From the NCBI GenBank assembly GCA_964270895.1, contig OZ185437.1: a DNA stretch of 64,000 nucleotides. One strand, given 5' to 3'. The stretch's first letter is position 1. Every line of letters begins with the position of its first letter. Positions 58,290 to 64,000 of this stretch are shown here, piece by piece. The stretch comes from Podarcis filfolensis (lineage: Eukaryota). The position numbers and the translations under genes are program-made. Below the pieces are notes generated by a model that saw only the letters and a program-made list of their open reading frames with translations, was not told the DNA's origin and made no database searches.

Positions 58290-59952
58290 CACAGGTAAGT
58301 GAACATAGCATTGAATTTTTGCTTTAATTATTTTCAAAGCAAATGTGCCAACAACTTATTTAGCAATTCTGGCACATCAGAATAGTTTTCTGAGGGAGGA
58401 GTGGGGTTAAGAACTCTTACATTAGATGCCAAAAGGCATGCAATTCCTTGAATTGCGGAAAATCTCGACACCGTCACCACTGTCAGCAGCGGAGTTTATT
58501 AGCGTTTCAACTTCTGTAAAGAATCTTATTTACAGGGCTACTGTTTGAAGAAGGAAATGTTGATGTAAGCAGAACAAGAATGTGAAAGCTTTGAAAATAA
58601 GTGTCCATTACAATTCTGTAAGCACAAGCAAAAACACGGATTTTATACTCACTCTTGAATGTCATTTCTGTTCTTCGCTTTATTTTTAAACAATACAAGT
58701 AACACAAATAACAAGATTGAGAGTGAAAGCGAAACGTTGTGATCAGTATGCCAGAGGAGGCTATTAGAGGTGCCTTTCAGCACCAATTATCAATGAGCTT
58801 GGTTGAAAGAACTTCTCTGCAGCCATTTCTGTTGTGTTCCTTAAGTGTCCGTATGTGGACATGTGTCCTTTAAACTCAACATGTCATAATTTAATAATGC
58901 TAGCTACCTTGCTAGCTACCTTTCTTTTAAAGCCAGCCTAGTAACCGCTTAATGCTTGTGCAATACAAATGACATCAAAAACGAGTAATTAGCATTATAA
59001 TAAAGTTGGCTATTTTCTAGCAATGGGACAATTTTATTTTTCTATTAACTATCTCTGACAGTTCTCAAACTGCTGTTATCACATTTGCTAACGTGGTAAG
59101 TTAAAACAGTCAGCTGAAGCAAGAACTCTTGATACACAAATTAAGAACATGCTAGAGAAATGCCTTTCATTAAGAGAAACAAGCTTGTATGTTGCAGGTT
59201 CCAGAAAGACTGGGGAGATTCATCAAAACGGTTTTTTGCGCCTTCTTCCCTGATTAAGGTTGCAATCCTATGCACACTTCCCTAGGAGCAGGTCCTACTG
59301 AACTAGCAAGAATTACTTTGCAGTAGACATTCAAGAAACTGTAAATTGGGGAATACAGAACTCCCCTATGCCTGGATGTCTGTAGAATGCAGTTCACTGT
59401 GGCCACAACTACATGGCTGCATCCCTAAAGAAACTCAGTGGTCCAGATTCTTAATGTATTAGAGGTGGTTGTATTTACAGAACAGAGAGGGAAATGCATT
59501 CTGCAGATGCTCAGAGTCCTCTGTAGCATAAACCTTTTCTTTAGAGAATCTAAATTCTTGTGAAGCACAGAGAAAGATCAAAGGGAAGTACTGCAATCTC
59601 TTTTGCATTTTGGTGCAATGAGCCATTGGTGATTTCAAGTTGCCTGTTCAGAATCTAGGGAAGGATGTTGTGGCTACTGGTGAATTTGCAAAGATCAGCC
59701 TTCCCCAAGCACCCCACCCCCCATTTCAGGGAGGTGTGACTTATCCTACATGCAGCAGCTGGAGCAATCTTTAATGGGGTAGGGGGTGCTTCAGAGAGCG
59801 GTTTTGACTAGACAGAAATGGACATTGAACCATGAAAGAATTTCACAATGACTTTTTGGAATTATAGAATGCTATTCCCTATATTCCAAATGACATATAC
59901 ATTTAAATCTGATTTAGTAGAGCCTCCATCACAGTAAAGGCTTCCCCCTCCA

Positions 59953-59982
59953 AAACCAAACCAAACCAAACCAAACCAAACC
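59953..59982. repeat. (AAACC)n microsatellite
   Basis: Six units, read directly. Confidence 0.9.
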
Positions 59983-61242
59983 AGGGGGACTTGATCTGCA
60001 TTCATCTACCCACTCCCCTTTTAATTTTTTTATTGACTGTCTTTGCATCACAAATAAGAAAGCTTTCACAGGCATTGTGAAAATTTTGTGGTTTCCTTGG
60101 CACAAGTCACAGCTAAATATCCCCTTGATAATCAGTGGGAAGGAAGGGTTCAACTTTGGTTTGGTTTTCAGAAAATCTCCCAGGAACATTTTCAGCAGGA
60201 TAAGAGTATTTGACTAATTCCCAAAGGGGTCATTCTGAAGCATAAGCAAAACCCTCAGGATAAGAATTTTTCTACAACATGGGCAAATGCTTCCTGTTGA
60301 TTACACTGTGCTCACATCTATAATAGCAAGAGTGCAAGCCCTACTTGTAAGGTTAAAATGGCATTATTAAGAATTTAATTATTCAGCAACCTATAAAAAA
60401 AGAAGTGATTCTTTTAACAGTGGCGTTCCTAGCACCAGGGACAAGGAGAGATGAAAGGAAACCATGGAGTCTAGTGGAGGTTCTCATGAGACAGATGTCA
60501 CACATGCCTTCAAGTGGCGTATCTGTGCAGCAACGACTGACTTTCATGAAGCATCCTAGAAGGATGTCATGTTCTCTGTTTGGCACGGTTGAAATTCCTT
60601 AAGTACTATTTGGCAGGAGCAACCAATGAGGAGTGGCAGTGCTGTGATCATGGCTTCCCAGCAGCCGGTGCCCTGCTGTATCCCGGGACGGTGCCAGGGG
60701 TAATGCAGGGCTGTGCAAAAGTGAATTTGGGGTGGTTCAGGCACACTGGAAGAGACAATCTGGTGATCTCACTGGGGCGCCCTAACCTTACTACTGACCT
60801 GCACATATATTTTATGTATAAGGCACCCGTTGAACCTCTGTTGGCAGGGTATTCCATAATAGTAAGTGAATAACAATAAAGGCTCATTTCTTGTTGTCGG
60901 CTGAGCCTCACCAATGACACTCCTACAGAGAGTCTGGGATATACGGGTCAAGGCAATCCCTAAGGTACTCTGGACCTAGGTTGTTGAGGGCTCTGTAAAT
61001 TAATGCAAGAACACTAAACTTGGCATGGTAGTAATAGCCACACAGAAATCAGTGTTTCGCTCTTTCACTTGCTAGTACTTCAAGCAAAAGGGGTCAATTA
61101 TACTTATTTAATGAATACTGAAAAGCTGTTGCCATTGCAGCATATCTAGCTCAGTAACCATCTAGCTCCCATTTAAGAGCAGTGGAAGCCCACTCCTAAT
61201 TTGAAAGGGAACTAGAATTGGTAGTTAGGTGTCACATTAAGC

Positions 61243-61589
61243 TAGGGGTTCCCAAACTTTTGAGTTTATTGACCCCTTAATGAGCTTCTAAAGTTGACAC
61301 TGACCTCAACCCAAGATCTAAGGAATGTAAATTGAACCAATTTCACTATATATTTAACATTTAACAGGTGAAAATCTTCACCTATATTTAGTAATAAAGC
61401 ACCATGGTCTGTTGTGGTATCTCTCTTATTTCTGAGGCTCATAGTTCCTAATTACTTTTTGCACACTATAATTTGTAAACTTATTTTCCTCCACTGGTCC
61501 TTTTTGATCCCACCCCTACATTTTTATTCACCCACTGCAAAATCCCATAAACTCCAGGGGCTCAATATCAACCACTTTGAGAAACCTTG
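61243..61589. mobile_element. hAT MITE
   Basis: TAGGGGTTCCCAAAC...TTTGAGAAACCTTG; TSD CATTAAGC / CATTAAGG (7 of 8). Confidence 0.7.
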
Positions 61590-63560
61590 CATTAAGGAAT
61601 AAGCCTGCATCTGCTAAAACAAAAGAAAGGAGTACATTGTTATTATATCGTATCTTTGAATTATGGCTGTATAGAAGACAACCAGAGAGACACTGTTTCC
61701 CCTGATAACCTTGAGTTAGTATAAATGGCTACCCAAATGCCTCTTTGTCCCAAAGGTGTTTGTTTCCTTGTATGTCTTGTCTTTTCATTGTCATTTATGA
61801 ACTGATCCAGGATTACAGGCTTTAATGCTGGGTCACACCTCCAAGATTGGAGCCCCTAAAGCCTAATGCTAGCTATCAATTATTATCTTATCAGTAGGCA
61901 TATAAAGTGATGCTCATAACTACTTCTTGAAAAGGTCATCATGGAATGCACTGGAAGAGTGCAAGATTACCTTGTTCGAAAATGGGTGAATTTGTCACAC
62001 AGTCCTTGCAGTTCTAATTTCTGTGATAATTCATTCAGGGTATTTAATACATAGGATAACTGTGCATTAACTGCAAATATAAATATATATTGTTGAATAG
62101 CAGTGGAATAAACCACTGCTTTGTTTTTATTGTATTATTTTATGTTGCATTGCATCAGATATAAGAGCAATGCAACATGGCATATTTGCCCAGAGGACTT
62201 GAAACTGGTAAAACCATTTCTCCTGCCCCAGATCCTCCAGCTCATCACATCTAGGCTGTCTGTCTGTGCTATTTCCATGTCTTGTATCAAATTTTATGTA
62301 ACTAAAAGAATATGCAATACAGATGCTCTTCTTCACCGGGAATTTCATTCCGTTGGAAAACCTTATATATTAAAAGCTGGCATTTCCAAGTTGATCTTCT
62401 CCAATTATTTAGTTCTGTGAGTTATCTGGACACAAAATATCCTTTTGCCTCTTGCCTAAAACCATTAAGAATCAGAGAGAAAGAAAATGCAATTGCCAGT
62501 AGGTGAGTAAAAAAAAACATCTGGCTTTAGTTGTTAGGCTAGCTAGAGGCATATCTTAGCTAAAAAAGAAATCTCAGAGATCGTTCAGTCACCTGGCCAG
62601 GTGTGTGTGTTTGTGTGTGTGAAAATCAATTAGCCAGTAATATGGAAATGAGCTCTGAACTTGCATTATATTCTGCTATGTTTCTGGAAGTTGCTTTCAC
62701 GTTATGTGAAAGCTCAAATATAATGTGGAAATTAACAATTAGGGAAAGGCTAGGGAAAATGGAATAAACTGCATGTGAATGTAGCCTCCACCTTAGCTTC
62801 ATCTCTGTTTCACCCAAGCAGTCCCATCCCCACCTCCTCATTGCTCCTGCTCTGGTGCTTTTTTGTGCTGTAACTTCTGCAGAACACAAACGGAAAGAAG
62901 AAAACCTTGCTTTATGATTTCATTTTTTGCCGCTTGGTAATAATTTTACAATGGGTTAGGTTTCTATGTACTGAGTTTTCCTCATACTTTTTTTGTGCAG
63001 CTCTGATTGATCCCTGTAACTTGTTTCCAGGAATTTTTCTTCTACTTATCTAGCCCTCCTAGGCGGAAAAAAAAAGTTATGGAGAACCAGCCTGGCTGCT
63101 CCCACCTATCACTGTTTCTAGTCAATGAGTGAAGTCAAAGCTGTGATTGTTTGGACATCAGGCAGTAGGTGCCCCTGGGGTCCTAAAGAGCTGCTGTTTT
63201 TTGCCTCTCTAGACTGCACCTTTCCTGCTTTTGTTTTGCTTAATAGTCCTCAGCTCCACCCACTTGCTACTTTTTTTGTTTTGTTTTGCTACCTGCCAGC
63301 CACGTGGTATAGCCAGCAGGCAGCTGCTTGAAAGGCTTTTTAAAAAATGTGTGTTTTGTAGTAGGAAAAGAAGCACAGGAATCATTTGTTTTGCTGCCAG
63401 CTAGCCACATGGAACAGCTGATAGGCAGCTTGATAAACATTTTTTTTGGGGGGGGGACGTGGAGGTGAGGGAAGCAATGCAGGAACCCTCCCGTTGCTGT
63501 TCTGTTTTGATTTGCTGCCTGTTTAAGACATGTCTCAGTTGGATTCCTGGATTCATTCAT

Positions 63561-63562
<2 letters not shown>

Positions 63563-63600
<38 letters not shown>
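63563..63600. repeat. (GT)n microsatellite
   Basis: Read directly. Confidence 0.95.
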
Positions 63601-63602
<2 letters not shown>

Positions 63603-64000
63603 TCTACAGCAGCACAGCTGCAACAGTGGCATAACAACCAAGACTTAACAGCATCTGGAAAAGTAGAACGTTTTCCTAACATCTTTTGTTAACAAACAAA
63701 CAAAATTGAATAGATTCCCCCCCCCCCCCCAATATTTGAACTATTTTATGTTCCCATCTCTTTTCCTTTTCCTGCTCTTTTGGAAGCGGCGGCCATTTTG
63801 TGGCAGGCCACACTCCTGACAGCAGCCATTTTCAAATTTCCAAATGTGCCCCAGACCCCAAAATGTTGGCAATCGCTAGTTTATTTTATTGATGTGCACA
63901 TATTTAAAACATTTATTTAATCTCTGTCCCTCATTCAGTGTGACACATACGGTCTAATAAAATATGAAGAAGTGGGAGGAAAGATAGTCCATTGGCAAGA

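Noticed and set aside
57829-58302. Perfect CAG|GTAAGT donor-like sequence duplicated as the BovB TSD
   Set aside because: It is on the strand opposite EYS and is part of a common old repeat; no plus-strand exon precedes it.
57282-64000. Search for an upstream EYS exon
   Set aside because: Candidate cysteine-containing stretches (for example 59929-60189 and 58440-58560) lack EGF spacing or contain stops.
1-64000. CRISPR arrays, rRNA and tRNA genes
   Set aside because: None seen. This is vertebrate DNA, and the only tRNA-like sequence is a decayed SINE head.

Overview
Vertebrate (squamate, most likely lacertid lizard, judged from Sauria SINE, BovB and CR1 content) genomic DNA lying inside the eyes shut homolog gene (EYS), which is transcribed from the minus strand. 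Six EGF-coding exons (57117-56995, 53697-53584, 52107-51994, 50252-50139, 35818-35621, 30967-30846) have canonical AG/GT sites and splice into one 785-nt open frame. Two match human EYS exons 13 and 14 (human sequence recalled from memory); a 198-nt exon between them appears to have no human counterpart. Positions 1-30845 look intronic. The introns are full of mobile elements. The most unusual is a young 3,523-bp Ty1/copia-type LTR element (11080-14602; 377-bp LTRs with 3 mismatches, 5-bp TSD, half-tRNAiMet-type PBS, PPT) nested in a CR1 LINE. It keeps one open 848-codon ORF (CCHC knuckle, protease, integrase with DD32E spacing) but has no reverse transcriptase or RNase H. Also present: a Penelope-type insert with a degenerate hammerhead ribozyme on the EYS sense strand and an 86-bp inverted repeat, an exact 106-bp local duplication ending at a BovB insertion site, a solo LTR, BovB, Sauria SINE, L1, L2 and old CR1 fragments, Tc1/mariner and hAT MITEs, microsatellites and a 129-N assembly gap. 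No rRNA, tRNA or CRISPR features were seen.
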